Below are positions 15,629 through 25,650 of a stretch of 57,534 nt of DNA, piece after piece. The notes beneath the pieces are model-generated. The model was given only the letters and a program-made list of their open reading frames with translations, was not told where the DNA came from and searched no databases. Both the position numbers and the translations under genes were made by a program. How positions within the stretch are numbered: the first letter of the stretch is position 1; each line of letters opens with the position of its first letter. Origin of the DNA: a virus; the IMG/VR virus record IMGVR_UViG_3300045988_071636, positions 1 through 57,534 of that record; one strand, given 5' to 3'.

Positions 15629-17903
15629 ACGGATTGGGGAATTGCCTCTTATCGAAGACCTTGATGATGAGTCTTTTTTTGTGGCTGAACAACAAGGTGC
15701 AGCAGGACATATTACCGGCGCACAGATAAAGGGATTCGCCCGGAAGTCCGTGGAAGATATTGCAAACGCTTCCCAGAAATCGGCTGAAGCGGCGGCGAAG
15801 AGTGCGTCTGCGGCCCAGGAGAGCGCTACTCAGGCGGAGGAAGCGCAGGAAGCAGCAGAGAGTGCCAAGAGTGGGGCAGAGGTTGCACAAAAAGCGGCGG
15901 AAACGGCACAAGGCGCCGCCGCGGACGCGCAGGCCGGGGCGGAGAGCGCCAAGACGGCAGCGGAGGCAGCGGCGGACGTTGCAGCGAAAGACGCCGCCGA
16001 AGGTGTGCGGGAAGAGCTCTCCGTCTATGTGGAGCAGACTGAGGCAAACGCCCAGGCGGCAGCAGATTCGGCTTCGGAGGCCGCAGTGTCCCAAGAGGCC
16101 GCAGCACAGAGCGCCCAGGGGGCGGCAGGCAGTGCAACCGCGGCGGCGCAGGACGCGGTGGATGCGGCGGATGCCAGGACGGCTGCCGAAGCGGCACAGG
16201 GCAAAGCGGAGGCCGCCCAGGGGGCTGCGGAAGCGGCCAAGAGCGGGGCGGAGACGGCGGCGGGCACGGCCACTACAAAGGCCGAAGAAGCAAGCGAGAG
16301 CGCCGAGACCGCCAAGCAGTACAGCGGAAAACCGCCGAAGCCGCAGAATGGAACCTGGTGGGTATGGAACGCAGAGACCCAGGCGTATACCGATACCGGG
16401 ATTAAGTCTGTTCTCTCCATTGTGAAATCCTATCCCTCTGTGGAGGCTATGGAGGCGGACAAGCTCAATATGCATGAGGGCGACCTGGTTATCATCGCCT
16501 CCACTGTAGATGACCCGGATAACTCCAAGCTCTATGTGCATGATGGCGTTGGCTGGGTGTATCTCTCCGATCTTTCCGGCGTGGAGGGCGTGGGGATTGC
16601 GGGCATCTCTCAGACTGATGGCAACCATGCGCCGGGCACCACGGACACCTACACAATTGAGCTGACCGATGGGAGCTCATACGAGTTCACTGTCTACAAT
16701 GGTGCGGATGGCGACGGAAGCGGAGACATGCAGTCTTCTACATATGACCCACAGGGCAAGGCGCAAGACATCTTCGGATATGCGGACAATGCAGCAAAAG
16801 GCAAGCAAGACAAGCTGAAAGGTACCGCTGGCCAGGTGGTAGGCTTTGACTCCGAAGGCAACGCAATCCCCCAGGCGGCCCCCATCGGATTGCCGGATGG
16901 CGGAACTGTGGGGCAGTTGCTGGAAAAAACGGAGGACGGGGCAGAGTGGGCAGACAAGCCTGTGATGTATGTAAACATAACGCCACCGGCTGGAGATTCC
17001 CCGTTCGGAACGGCTGACCACACGATTGCTGAAATAACGCAAGCAGTCTTGAACGGGGTAACCGTGCTTTCAAAAATATCGGCAGGAACCGATACTAAAG
17101 TAATTCCACTTTCGACTGTAACAGACAGTGTGGCTTCCTTTTCGTCTACGTCTGTAGACTACGGCGGGTCTGTTATCGCCAATATTGTACCCCAAGAACA
17201 GTCCGAAGTGGTTATTATAGCGGAAGATCAATTTAGAGCAAGCCAGATTCTATACGATAAAGAAACGAGTGGCCTTGATTCAGATGATGTGCAAGGCGCA
17301 ATCAAAGAACTGGCTAAGAACAAGCAGGACTCCGCAGATGCTGTAACTGTTTCCGGCGGCGGCACGATGCAGATGGGGGAGAGCTTGGGGGCCGGCCCCT
17401 ACACCATTGAGGTGACCGAGGACGAGGACAGCGACCTCTCCGCCGAACAGGTGGGCTACAATAATGAGGGAACCGGCTTGACGGCGACAAACGTCCAGGA
17501 TGCGGTCACAGAGCTTTTTACGTCTGTCAGTGAGGGCAAAGCTGCCATTGCCGCCGCGATCACTGACAAGGGAGTAGCAACTGCGGCGGACGCCACGTTC
17601 CAGCAGATGGCGGAGAAGATCGGGGAGATTCAGAGTACGCCGGAATATGAACTGGTTGAGGTCTCAACTTCCGGTGCGAATACACAATTTATCACCTTAA
17701 AAGATGGTGCTCTGCTTGCGACATTTGATAGGGATTCCACGGTTCAGATTGTTAAAGGTACGATTTTTACCTTTGCTTACAATATATCATCGCCGTCGAT
17801 AACGGGCGACCTAAAAAACCTGGGCGTGGATACAAGAGGATACCCCATGATAAAAGTAAACGGGGCAGGGAGCATTAAAATAGGAGGAGGGGGAAGTAAC
17901 TGA
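15618..17903 (+). CDS. Tail fibre with a long Ala/Glu/Gln-rich coiled-coil stalk
   Basis: 761 aa with GGGAAGGAGGGAG RBS. Conserved-looking N-terminus MADKRIGELPLIEDLDD. About 190 aa of AAEAAxxA heptad-like repeats at 15780-16330. Globular C-terminal region. Confidence 0.75.
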   Translation: MADKRIGELPLIEDLDDESFFVAEQQGAAGHITGAQIKGFARKSVEDIANASQKSAEAAAKSASAAQESATQAEEAQEAAESAKSGAEVAQKAAETAQGAAADAQAGAESAKTAAEAAADVAAKDAAEGVREELSVYVEQTEANAQAAADSASEAAVSQEAAAQSAQGAAGSATAAAQDAVDAADARTAAEAAQGKAEAAQGAAEAAKSGAETAAGTATTKAEEASESAETAKQYSGKPPKPQNGTWWVWNAETQAYTDTGIKSVLSIVKSYPSVEAMEADKLNMHEGDLVIIASTVDDPDNSKLYVHDGVGWVYLSDLSGVEGVGIAGISQTDGNHAPGTTDTYTIELTDGSSYEFTVYNGADGDGSGDMQSSTYDPQGKAQDIFGYADNAAKGKQDKLKGTAGQVVGFDSEGNAIPQAAPIGLPDGGTVGQLLEKTEDGAEWADKPVMYVNITPPAGDSPFGTADHTIAEITQAVLNGVTVLSKISAGTDTKVIPLSTVTDSVASFSSTSVDYGGSVIANIVPQEQSEVVIIAEDQFRASQILYDKETSGLDSDDVQGAIKELAKNKQDSADAVTVSGGGTMQMGESLGAGPYTIEVTEDEDSDLSAEQVGYNNEGTGLTATNVQDAVTELFTSVSEGKAAIAAAITDKGVATAADATFQQMAEKIGEIQSTPEYELVEVSTSGANTQFITLKDGALLATFDRDSTVQIVKGTIFTFAYNISSPSITGDLKNLGVDTRGYPMIKVNGAGSIKIGGGGSN

Positions 17904-18086
17904 AAATTTGGCCTATGCGCCTAAACTTTTCCTTCAAGCCTGGACGGCGCTTCCAGAGGCTTCCCAGTGCGCCAGCACGAGGAACCGAATCAAATAAGAC
18001 CCGGTATGACAATACGAGAGGAGCATTATCGTGGACGTCATCAACTGGAGCGACCTCACAATTACCATCGAAGGGATGTATTCATA

Positions 18087-19892
18087 ATGGCTGTGATTGT
18101 CAATGGCAAAAAAGTAGCCGGGCTTGGTCAGCCCGGCAAGGACGGAGCTCCCGGGAAAGATGGTGCTCCTGGTAAAGACGGTAAGTCCGCATATCAATCA
18201 GCATTAGATGGTGGCTACATCGGTAGCGAAACCGAATTTGGAAAGGCGCTGGCAGACTCGGCCAATGGGAAAAGCGCGGTCAAGGGCACCTATCCCATCG
18301 CGGCGGGGCAGGTCATCCAGGCAGGCGACGCTGTGGATGTGGTGGAGGGGCAGGTGCAGAAGAGCGCCACGCCGGTGGCAAATGTGGAGACGGTGTTTGA
18401 TAACGGGGCGGCTACTCTTGGTACTTCTGTTCTTCGCCTTTCAGACAATCTAAATGTTGTGTGTTACCTTTATCAAAATGGTTCAACATATTGGCCTTGC
18501 GTCCATTTGATTGATGATACTGGAACAGTGGTTGGACAAACGAATAGGCAAGTCATAGAAAATGTCAATGCTTCCAATATTATGGCCGCCCGCCTGAGCG
18601 ACACGCAGTTCGTGGTGGTGTATTCCGAGGCAGGGAACAACTGGAAATCTCGCGTTGGAACAGTAACTGGAACAAGTATTAGTTTTGGAACGGAATATGC
18701 AATTGCAACAGCGAATGAGGGCGTGGTTATTCCCTTTTCGTCTACATCTGTATTAAGGATTTTCCGTGCAAGTACACTGAAGATTAGCCTCTTAAACGTT
18801 TCTGGTACATCCATCACGGAGCAGAGCCTTGGCTCTTTAGGGATAATGGCGGTTGACCCCTCGGCGGTAAGGTTGCCAGACGATGGACTTGGTGGCAAAC
18901 GAGTCTGTATCTGCTTCCGCGACAATAGTGACGGCAATAAGGGCAAGGCCGTCATCGCCACCATCGACAGCGCCAATCAGGTGACGTGGGGGAGCGTGGT
19001 GACAATCGTTCCTTCGGTCGTCAACGGAATGAGCTGTGTGAGCGTTGGGGCGGTAATATATGTGGTTTTTGATACCACAGTTTATATCCTAAATGACAGT
19101 TTATCGGTTCTTGGACAAGAAAAGTATGATACGAACACGCATAGCGATACTAGGCTCACATTAACCTCGTTTGATAACTTCGCAGTCGGCACATATTTCG
19201 GGAAAAACCATACAGATGCGGCGGTAATCAGGTGGGACGGCGAGAAAGTTTCAATTTCTGAGCCATATTCGTTTTCTCCAGTTGGATATGCAAACTATAT
19301 AAGTACAGCACGCATCTCCAATGACCGGATGATTGTTGCATACCAAAGCGCAGGGAGCGGAAACTACGGTACCACCACCATCCTGACCGTCATGGGCAAC
19401 CAGATCGCGGGCAGCTTTGTGGACGGCAGCCAGGACGCTATCGCCCTCAAGAGCGGCACAGCCGGACAGAGTATCGAGGTCATCTACTCGGGCACCGTGG
19501 CGGCAGATTGGGTGACGGATGGGCAGGTCATCAGCAGCCCCGGCGTGTACGGCGCTGGTGTGCTGGACGGGGTGCTCCAGGTGTGGAGCAAGGATAGGCC
19601 AGATAACGTCGTAACGGGAACGTACATTGGCGATGGTGCTCCTAGCCAAACAATACAATTAGGCTTTACGCCCAAAGCAGTATTGGTTTGCCAAAACGGT
19701 ATACTTAGCCGGGGATACCAAAATCATTACGCCGAAGGGTTGGCGCTTGATGGATATCCAGCCGCAGCGTCCAATAGCAATGTCGTGAGCGTTGTAGAGG
19801 GTGGATTCCAAGTATTTGACGGGACTAGCGCCAATCACAACGGCCGTACCAATGTCGCCAGCCAGAAATATTATTATTTGACTTGGAAATGA
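18087..19892 (+). CDS. Collagen-like tail fibre / receptor-binding protein
   Basis: ATG 18087 within ORF 17967..19892. N-terminus MAVIVNGKKVAGLGQPGKDGAPGKDGAPGKDGKS (GXY repeats) followed by a large beta-rich domain. Confidence 0.7.
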   Translation: MAVIVNGKKVAGLGQPGKDGAPGKDGAPGKDGKSAYQSALDGGYIGSETEFGKALADSANGKSAVKGTYPIAAGQVIQAGDAVDVVEGQVQKSATPVANVETVFDNGAATLGTSVLRLSDNLNVVCYLYQNGSTYWPCVHLIDDTGTVVGQTNRQVIENVNASNIMAARLSDTQFVVVYSEAGNNWKSRVGTVTGTSISFGTEYAIATANEGVVIPFSSTSVLRIFRASTLKISLLNVSGTSITEQSLGSLGIMAVDPSAVRLPDDGLGGKRVCICFRDNSDGNKGKAVIATIDSANQVTWGSVVTIVPSVVNGMSCVSVGAVIYVVFDTTVYILNDSLSVLGQEKYDTNTHSDTRLTLTSFDNFAVGTYFGKNHTDAAVIRWDGEKVSISEPYSFSPVGYANYISTARISNDRMIVAYQSAGSGNYGTTTILTVMGNQIAGSFVDGSQDAIALKSGTAGQSIEVIYSGTVAADWVTDGQVISSPGVYGAGVLDGVLQVWSKDRPDNVVTGTYIGDGAPSQTIQLGFTPKAVLVCQNGILSRGYQNHYAEGLALDGYPAAASNSNVVSVVEGGFQVFDGTSANHNGRTNVASQKYYYLTWK

Positions 19893-19903
19893 GGTGAACT
19901 GAA

Positions 19904-20215
19904 ATGACAATTATCAAAATTAACCCGCTGGAAAGCGGCCAGCATCCGATCCAGAGCCAGAGCCACCGGCGCGCCTGCTGGCTGGAAGACTACATAGAGG
20001 TGCCCGCCCACCTCCATGACGCGGTGTGGGCGACCTATGGCTGGTGTGACCTCCAGATTGAGGAGGGCAGGCTGGTGGGTATCACGCCTACTGAGCGGCC
20101 TCCAGAGCCGGAGCCGGAGCCCCAGCCGCCCTCTGAGGAGGACATCACCTTGGACATGCTGGCCGAGCACGAGGAACGACTTTGTATATTGGAAATCACC
20201 ACCAATGCTGTTTGA
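19904..20215 (+). CDS. Hypothetical protein following the tail fibre
   Basis: 103-aa ORF with GAGGTGAA RBS. PEPEPEPQPP linker. Confidence 0.55.
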   Translation: MTIIKINPLESGQHPIQSQSHRRACWLEDYIEVPAHLHDAVWATYGWCDLQIEEGRLVGITPTERPPEPEPEPQPPSEEDITLDMLAEHEERLCILEITTNAV

Positions 20216-20229
20216 GGAAGGGGAAGAAC

Positions 20230-20379
20230 ATGAACACGGTATTTAATCTCTGCAAGCTGCTTATTGACCGGGGCCGCACCGACGGCCTCCAGGACAAGAT
20301 GGATGTCTATCTCGCCGCCGACCGGCTCACCCCGGAGGAGTACCAGGAGCTGGCCGGGCTACTGGCCCCGGAACAGTAA
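20230..20379 (+). CDS. XkdX-like small protein
   Basis: ATG 20230 within ORF 20182..20379. 49 aa ending ...RLTPEEYQELAGL, like the XkdX-family ITxEEYxEITG motif. Confidence 0.5.
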   Translation: MNTVFNLCKLLIDRGRTDGLQDKMDVYLAADRLTPEEYQELAGLLAPEQ

Positions 20380-20417
20380 TCAACAGCGGGATCGCTGGAT
20401 AAAAGGATGTGAATCAA

Positions 20418-21770
20418 ATGAGTAAGCTCATTACATACATCCCGCTCTCGTCCGTGGAGCGGATTGAGCTGAGAGTCACCAACTGCCGCAAGACGCTCTC
20501 TCAGGTCAAGGCTGAAACAAAGGCTCATTACGTGCTCAATGGCGGCATGTGGAACCCAGACGGCACCCCCTGCCCGCTGCTTAAGGTGGGCGGGGCGATG
20601 CTCTCCGGCACGCCCTGGCGTCCGATGGGCTACGCCTGGGACAAAGGCCCGGACATCCGCATGACCTCCGAGTACGGGGGAGCGGCTAACTTTATCGCTG
20701 TGACCGCCCTCGTTACCTCCGGTAAGCCGGTGGATAAGCCCTCCTACGGATCAGCCCAGGGAGGCAAGAGGGGGCGCAGCGCCATTGGCCTGCGTGGTGG
20801 CAGTCTGGCCCTCTATTGCTCTGGCGATGGGACCGGAGACGCAGCCACGCCGGAAACTCTGCGGGACGAGTTGGCCGGGCTGGGCTGGGCCTCTGCCGTT
20901 ATGCTGGACGGGGGCGGCTCCAGCCAGTGCGATTTCGGCGGGGAGCGCATCACCGCCAGCCGCAAGGTGCACAACTGGATTTGTGTATATCTCAAGCAGG
21001 ACGGCGCTGAGACGCCGCCGGAAGAGGAGGACAAGCCTATGAGCAAGCATACTGTATGCCTCGACCCCGGACACGGGCCGGGCAACGTCAACGGATCCCC
21101 GGACGGTACATACAAGGAGTGGGAGTTTACCTGGGATATGGCCCAGCGCGTCAAGCCGCTGCTGGAGGCTCAGGGAGTGGGCGTGGTGCTCACCAAGACC
21201 GCGGACAATTACCCCAACCTGACGGAGCGGGCCAACATCAGTAATAAGGCAAAGCCGGATTGCTTTGTGAGCATCCACACCAATGCTGGACAGGGGAAAG
21301 GATGGTCGAGCGGATCTGGGCTTGAAATCTACACCAGCGCCGGGCCCATGACGGCACAGCGCAATGTGCTGGCATCCAAGCTGGTCAACGCGTTCCACGC
21401 CGCCGGGGTGGCTTTGAGAAGTGAGCCTATCAAACACAACATCGAATTGACCGTGCTCGCCAAGACCGACGCCCCCGCTTGCCTGATTGAGTACGGCTTC
21501 CATACCAATAAGACCGACGTGGAGTATCTCAAAGATACCAAGTACCGGGACAAACTGGCCGAGGCCACCGCAAAGGGAATCTGTGACTGGCTGGGCGTGG
21601 CCTGGCAGGGCGAAACGGGAGCGGACAACGCGGAGGATACCCCGGACGTTTGGGCCGCTGAGGCGTGGCAGAAGGCCAAGGACAAGGGCGTACTGGACGG
21701 CACCCGGCCCCGCGATAATATGACCCGGCAGGAGCTGGCCGTCGTGCTGGATCGGTTGAATCTGATTTGA
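20418..21770 (+). CDS. Endolysin: phosphodiester-glycosidase (NAGPA/DUF2233-like) domain, N-acetylmuramoyl-L-alanine amidase (Amidase_3-like) and an SLH-like C-terminal motif
   Basis: RSAIGLRGGSLALY...MLDGGGSSQ in the N-terminal half. VCLDPGHGPGN...CFVSIHTNAG in the amidase half. C-terminal GVLDGTRPRDNMTRQELAVVLDR. Confidence 0.8.
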   Translation: MSKLITYIPLSSVERIELRVTNCRKTLSQVKAETKAHYVLNGGMWNPDGTPCPLLKVGGAMLSGTPWRPMGYAWDKGPDIRMTSEYGGAANFIAVTALVTSGKPVDKPSYGSAQGGKRGRSAIGLRGGSLALYCSGDGTGDAATPETLRDELAGLGWASAVMLDGGGSSQCDFGGERITASRKVHNWICVYLKQDGAETPPEEEDKPMSKHTVCLDPGHGPGNVNGSPDGTYKEWEFTWDMAQRVKPLLEAQGVGVVLTKTADNYPNLTERANISNKAKPDCFVSIHTNAGQGKGWSSGSGLEIYTSAGPMTAQRNVLASKLVNAFHAAGVALRSEPIKHNIELTVLAKTDAPACLIEYGFHTNKTDVEYLKDTKYRDKLAEATAKGICDWLGVAWQGETGADNAEDTPDVWAAEAWQKAKDKGVLDGTRPRDNMTRQELAVVLDRLNLI

Positions 21771-21784
21771 TGGAGGTACATATT

Positions 21785-22057
21785 ATGGACATTTCTTCTT
21801 TGGGTATCACCGGAGTAGCGGTTATCACTGTGATCTGCTTCCTGGTCGGCCAGGTGGTTAAGGCTACCGGACTGGACAACAAGTGGATTCCCATTATCTG
21901 CGGCGTGTTCGGCGCGGCGCTGGGTATCCTTGGTATGTTTATCATGCCCGAGTTCCCGGCTTCGGACTATTTGACCGCTGCCGCTGTCGGCATTGTGAGC
22001 GGACTTGCGGCCACTGGTATCAATCAGGTCTATAAGCAGATGACTAAGGAGGGCTGA
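21785..22057 (+). CDS. Holin
   Basis: GGAGG RBS 8 nt before ATG 21785. 90 aa with three hydrophobic segments and a charged C-terminus. Adjacent to the endolysin gene. Confidence 0.65.
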   Translation: MDISSLGITGVAVITVICFLVGQVVKATGLDNKWIPIICGVFGAALGILGMFIMPEFPASDYLTAAAVGIVSGLAATGINQVYKQMTKEG

Positions 22058-22392
22058 TGCCCATGGAGTGGGTAGGCCCACTGATTTCCGGCGCGGCGGT
22101 CGTCCTGGTGGCAATCATTGAGGCGGTCGCCGCGAGGGAGCGGAAACGCATCAAATCTGACAACCAGAAGAGCGATGCCCTTATGAATGGGGTACAGGCT
22201 CTGCTAAGACGCGAAATCATTGCCGAGTACAACCACTACTCCGAGCAACGCTATATCCCGATTTATGGGATGGAGAACGTGCTGGACATGTACAATGCCT
22301 ACAAGGAGTTGGGTGGGAATGGGATGGCGGCAAAGCTGGTCGAGGCCCTGAAACAACTGCCAACGGAGCCGCCGGAGGTCGAAAGGACGTGA
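22057..22392 (+). CDS. Membrane-anchored hypothetical protein (lysis-module accessory)
   Basis: 111 aa with a TGATG overlap with the holin stop. One N-terminal TM helix. Confidence 0.55.
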   Translation: MPMEWVGPLISGAAVVLVAIIEAVAARERKRIKSDNQKSDALMNGVQALLRREIIAEYNHYSEQRYIPIYGMENVLDMYNAYKELGGNGMAAKLVEALKQLPTEPPEVERT

Positions 22393-22396
22393 GTGA

Positions 22397-22657
22397 ATGA
22401 GCGCAAAGGTGAAGCTGCCCCCAGAACTGGCGAACCTCTTGCGCTCAGAGCTGGAGACGGCCATCTATGAAGCCGCCCTGCACCGGGACGATGAATTGAT
22501 CGCCAAGCGCCGTATCATCGACAAATGGGCGGAAATGGACATTGCGGCGGAGCTTGGATGGGAGCGGTCCACGGTATCCAAGCATATCCCGTACATACTG
22601 AATGAAGTGAAACGGGTGGCAAACAGAATAACAAAGTTAAAAGGAGTCGGGAATTAA
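22397..22657 (+). CDS. Small HTH protein resembling sigma-70 region 4 (candidate transcription regulator)
   Basis: 86 aa. ...EMDIAAELGWERSTVSKHIPYILNEVKRV is HTH-like. Confidence 0.45.
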   Translation: MSAKVKLPPELANLLRSELETAIYEAALHRDDELIAKRRIIDKWAEMDIAAELGWERSTVSKHIPYILNEVKRVANRITKLKGVGN

Positions 22658-22670
22658 CCCGGCTCCTTTT
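22643..22670. terminator. Bidirectional hairpin terminator between convergent genes
   Basis: Stem GGAGTCGGG 22643-22651 / CCCGGCTCC 22658-22666 followed by TTTT. Both convergent stops lie in or near the loop. Confidence 0.6.
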
Positions 22671-22914
22671 GCTTTGTCCATTTCATTAAGTCTTCGCAAT
22701 CCTTTTCCATTCTTGTGTAACTCTCAATGTTTCGAATACTTCGCATCGCGCAAAAACCACACACCAACGCGCAAATAATCCCGCCTACGATTGAAAACAT
22801 CCGCCCGGATACAACACCCCATACAAAATTACCAGAACCGTATGCTACAGCAAATAAACAGAAAAGAATCAATAACTTGCAATTTCTGATTTCCTTTTTA
22901 TACATCCATATCAC
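22654..22914 (-). CDS. Small membrane protein (reverse-strand moron)
   Basis: 86 aa with two hydrophobic helices. The only minus-strand gene in this part of the genome. Confidence 0.55.
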   Translation of the reverse strand: MIWMYKKEIRNCKLLILFCLFAVAYGSGNFVWGVVSGRMFSIVGGIICALVCGFCAMRSIRNIESYTRMEKDCEDLMKWTKQKEPG

Positions 22915-23074
22915 CTCTATGTAATTTAATTATATGCTAAAATCCTGAATTTGCAAGGGGAATCAACCTCCGGTCAAATATAGTCACAAAAAGTCACATA
23001 AATCGAACAGGACTAACACAAGTACCCCTCTGGAACGCCACCCAGCCGGGGTATTTTTATGCGACAATATAGAC

Positions 23075-23317
23075 ATGGAGGACGTGAGGATACAGGGTTG
23101 GTACACGTCGCCGCCCTCCTCACGGACTCCTTATTTTATGGACAAGGACGTGTTGGATATGACTCTAATCGAGAGAATGGTAGCCGCTGGCATGTCCCGC
23201 GATTGTGCCGCCGAAACAGCGATGTGGTACATGGCACAGGGAGATGACGAGGGCCTAGAGGATTACGTAACCGCATTGGAGGCGGGGAAGGAGGCGCGTC
23301 AGTATGGCGTTTCCTAA
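23075..23317 (+). CDS. Hypothetical protein
   Basis: 80-aa ORF. The start is uncertain (alternative ATG 23138) and the RBS is weak. Confidence 0.4.
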   Translation: MEDVRIQGWYTSPPSSRTPYFMDKDVLDMTLIERMVAAGMSRDCAAETAMWYMAQGDDEGLEDYVTALEAGKEARQYGVS

Positions 23318-23789
23318 TTACACATACCCGGCTTATGGGGCCTACAATCCTGTTACCCCATTTGCTCCGGCTCCACAAGTATATCAGCCCCAGCAGCCTG
23401 CTCAGCAACCGTCACAGGCCATTCAGGCACAGGGGAATGTAAACACACAGCCTGCCTTTTTTTGCCGTCCTGTGGCCTCTAGAGAAGAAGCGCTGGGGGT
23501 CCCGGTTGACTTCATGGGTGCTCCCATGTTTTTCCCCGACCTCGCTCATAATGTGGTCTATATGAAACGCTTCAATACGAATACCGGAGCTGCTGATGTG
23601 TTTGAGTTTCATGGTCAACAGCCGGCAAAAGAACAGCAGGCAGAGAATCCGGCCCCTGCTTTCGCACCACTGGATGAATTTATGGACATGAAGGACACCA
23701 TCAACAATCTGAAAGACGAAATAGAGCGGCTGAAAAAGCCCGCCTCCAGCGGAAAGGCAGGGAAAAAGAATGATGCCTCCGATGAATAA
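23304..23789 (+). CDS. Pro/Gln-rich hypothetical protein
   Basis: 161 aa. Low-complexity N-terminus (YPAYGAYNPVTPFAPAPQVYQPQQPAQQP) and a C-terminal coiled coil. Confidence 0.55.
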   Translation: MAFPNYTYPAYGAYNPVTPFAPAPQVYQPQQPAQQPSQAIQAQGNVNTQPAFFCRPVASREEALGVPVDFMGAPMFFPDLAHNVVYMKRFNTNTGAADVFEFHGQQPAKEQQAENPAPAFAPLDEFMDMKDTINNLKDEIERLKKPASSGKAGKKNDASDE

Positions 23790-24009
23790 TCCCATGATGG
23801 CCATGCTCCAGATGGCGCGGAACGGCGGGAATCCCATGCAAATGCTCCAGCAGATGGCTGGCCAGAATCCGCAGGCTGCCCAAGCTATGCGGCTCATTCA
23901 AGGGAAAAACCCGCAACAGCTTCGCCAGATCGCGGAGAACATGGCAAAAGAGCGTGGTGTGGATCTGAATCAGATGGCCCGACAGATGGGTGTAACACTA
24001 CCCAAATAA
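23770..24009 (+). CDS. Met/Gln/Asn-rich hypothetical protein
   Basis: 79-aa ORF overlapping the previous gene by 20 nt. Confidence 0.5.
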   Translation: MMPPMNNPMMAMLQMARNGGNPMQMLQQMAGQNPQAAQAMRLIQGKNPQQLRQIAENMAKERGVDLNQMARQMGVTLPK

Positions 24010-24016
24010 TCTCATA

Positions 24017-24673
24017 TTATTTCTTTTTCTTAATAAAAGTGTCCTTAATTGCCGCTTCAAAAGACATGCCCTTATGAACCTTTTTATAAACTGAGCCGGG
24101 AGATATTCCAAGTATAGAACACCACTCCGTAATGCATCTCTTCTCTCCATTTAACACGATGAAACGATTTGTCTTTATGTTGTGAACCTGTTCCAGCTGA
24201 GTAGCCCATCTGCAATTTTCGGGACAATACCCTTTACTTCCGTCTATTCGGTCTATTGTTAATCCCTTTGCTCCTGGATGGGTTTCTTCGCACCAAGCAA
24301 TAAATTGCTCTGGGGATTTTCTCCATTCCTCGCAAACAGTGACGCCCCGTGCCCCATATTTTTTATATGCCGGTTCTTTGGGATCGTAACATCTCCTGAC
24401 CATATCATTCCATTTTTTATAGAATGGGTGCTTGCTCAGGCCGTGTGTTTTTCTTCGGTTGTCCCAAGTATGAGCACCTTTTTTCCCTTTTGGAAGGCAA
24501 CCGCAAGATTTAACAGCTCCACTTGAAAATTGATAAGGAAGACAAAAGACTGTATTCCCGCAATCACATAGACATTTTAACTTTACTCGGCCACCAGCTT
24601 CTGGCCTTATATAGCCTATAACAGTTAGTTTATTATTCTTTTTCCCCATAAATTCGTTGACATCGATTCGCAA
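24017..24673 (-). CDS. HNH-family putative homing endonuclease, paralog 2 of 3
   Basis: Same architecture as 2077-2760: CLCDCG...SCGC, YGARGVTVCEEW, IDRIDGSKGYCPENCRWAT. TTG start after AGGGTGA. Confidence 0.7.
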   Translation of the reverse strand: MRIDVNEFMGKKNNKLTVIGYIRPEAGGRVKLKCLCDCGNTVFCLPYQFSSGAVKSCGCLPKGKKGAHTWDNRRKTHGLSKHPFYKKWNDMVRRCYDPKEPAYKKYGARGVTVCEEWRKSPEQFIAWCEETHPGAKGLTIDRIDGSKGYCPENCRWATQLEQVHNIKTNRFIVLNGEKRCITEWCSILGISPGSVYKKVHKGMSFEAAIKDTFIKKKK

Positions 24674-24785
24674 AATATCACCCTACTACATTATATAGCA
24701 AACTATATAATAATTCAAGTGTATTCTCGATATATAACGGGGCGCGCGACCCGATATATAAATCACTAACAAAGGAGAACTATTT

Positions 24786-25550
24786 ATGGACGATTTTGCA
24801 ACCGGATATATTGCTGGACAGGGAGATAACAACAACAGTAGCAATGGCATGTGGGGTGATGGCGGCTGGATTTTTGGCATCATCATTCTGGCTATGGTCT
24901 TTGGCTGGGGCCGCGGCGGCTTCGGTGGCTTCGGTGGTTTCGGCGGTGGCGGTGCCAGCACCGATCCCGGCCTCCAGGGCCTAGCCACCCGTGCCGATGT
25001 GAACGAGGCCATTGCGTTCAATGGCGTTGAGCGCGGTATTTCTGCTATCCAGCAGGGCATCTGTGACAGCACCTATGCGCTGAATAACAGCATCACCAGC
25101 GGCTTCAACAACACCAATGTGGCACTTCTCCAGGGCTTCAACGGCGTCCAGTCTCAGATGTGCAACATGGCCGCTCAGGCACAGGACTGCTGCTGCCAGA
25201 CCCAGCGCGCTATCGACGGCGTGAACTACAACATGGCGACCAACACCTGCGCCATCCAGAATACCATCCAGAATAGCACACGAGATATCATTGACAGCCA
25301 GAACGCTGGTACTCGTGAAATCCTGAATTTCTTGACTCAGGATAAGATCGCCTCCCTCCAGTCTGAGAATCAGGCGTTGAAGTTCCAGGCCAGCCAGACC
25401 GCACAGAACTCTTATCTTGCTGCCATGTCTGACGCTCAGACCTCTGAGCTGATTCGGCGCATCAACCCCATGCCCGTACCCGCTTACCAAGTGCCCGCCC
25501 CCTATCCCTATTGCGGGACCTACAGCAGCGGCTGCGGCTGTGGCTGCTAA
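24786..25550 (+). CDS. Gly-rich membrane protein with Cys-rich C-terminus
   Basis: 254 aa with AAAGGAGAA RBS. TM helix then GGFGGFGGFGGGG. CCC at mid-protein. Ends YCGTYSSGCGCGC. Confidence 0.6.
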   Translation: MDDFATGYIAGQGDNNNSSNGMWGDGGWIFGIIILAMVFGWGRGGFGGFGGFGGGGASTDPGLQGLATRADVNEAIAFNGVERGISAIQQGICDSTYALNNSITSGFNNTNVALLQGFNGVQSQMCNMAAQAQDCCCQTQRAIDGVNYNMATNTCAIQNTIQNSTRDIIDSQNAGTREILNFLTQDKIASLQSENQALKFQASQTAQNSYLAAMSDAQTSELIRRINPMPVPAYQVPAPYPYCGTYSSGCGCGC

Positions 25551-25650
25551 ACTTACGAGGTTTCCTCGTAAGTTGACCTTCCGGCTTTGCCGTGACTATT
25601 TCGGGGCGGCGGGCTAAATGTCTGCCGCCCCTGATTCTTGGAGGTATTTT

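Noticed and set aside
15591-16628. 345-aa minus-strand ORF, plus the 221-aa plus-strand ORF 15760-16425 and other Arg/Pro-rich ORFs here
   Set aside because: These are shadow frames of the GC-rich Ala/Glu/Gln repeat region of the tail fibre gene 15618-17903. Their composition is extreme (Arg/Leu/Cys or Arg/Pro), they have no RBS, and they lie fully inside a well-supported gene.
18031-18087. 18-codon ORF (GTG 18031, VDVINWSDLTITIEGMYS) with TAATG coupling to the collagen-like fibre gene
   Set aside because: It is too short to support. It may simply be leader sequence.
20751-22114. Long minus-strand ORFs 20751-21503 and 21329-22114
   Set aside because: They are antisense to the endolysin and holin genes. 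They are GC-rich frame shadows without an RBS.
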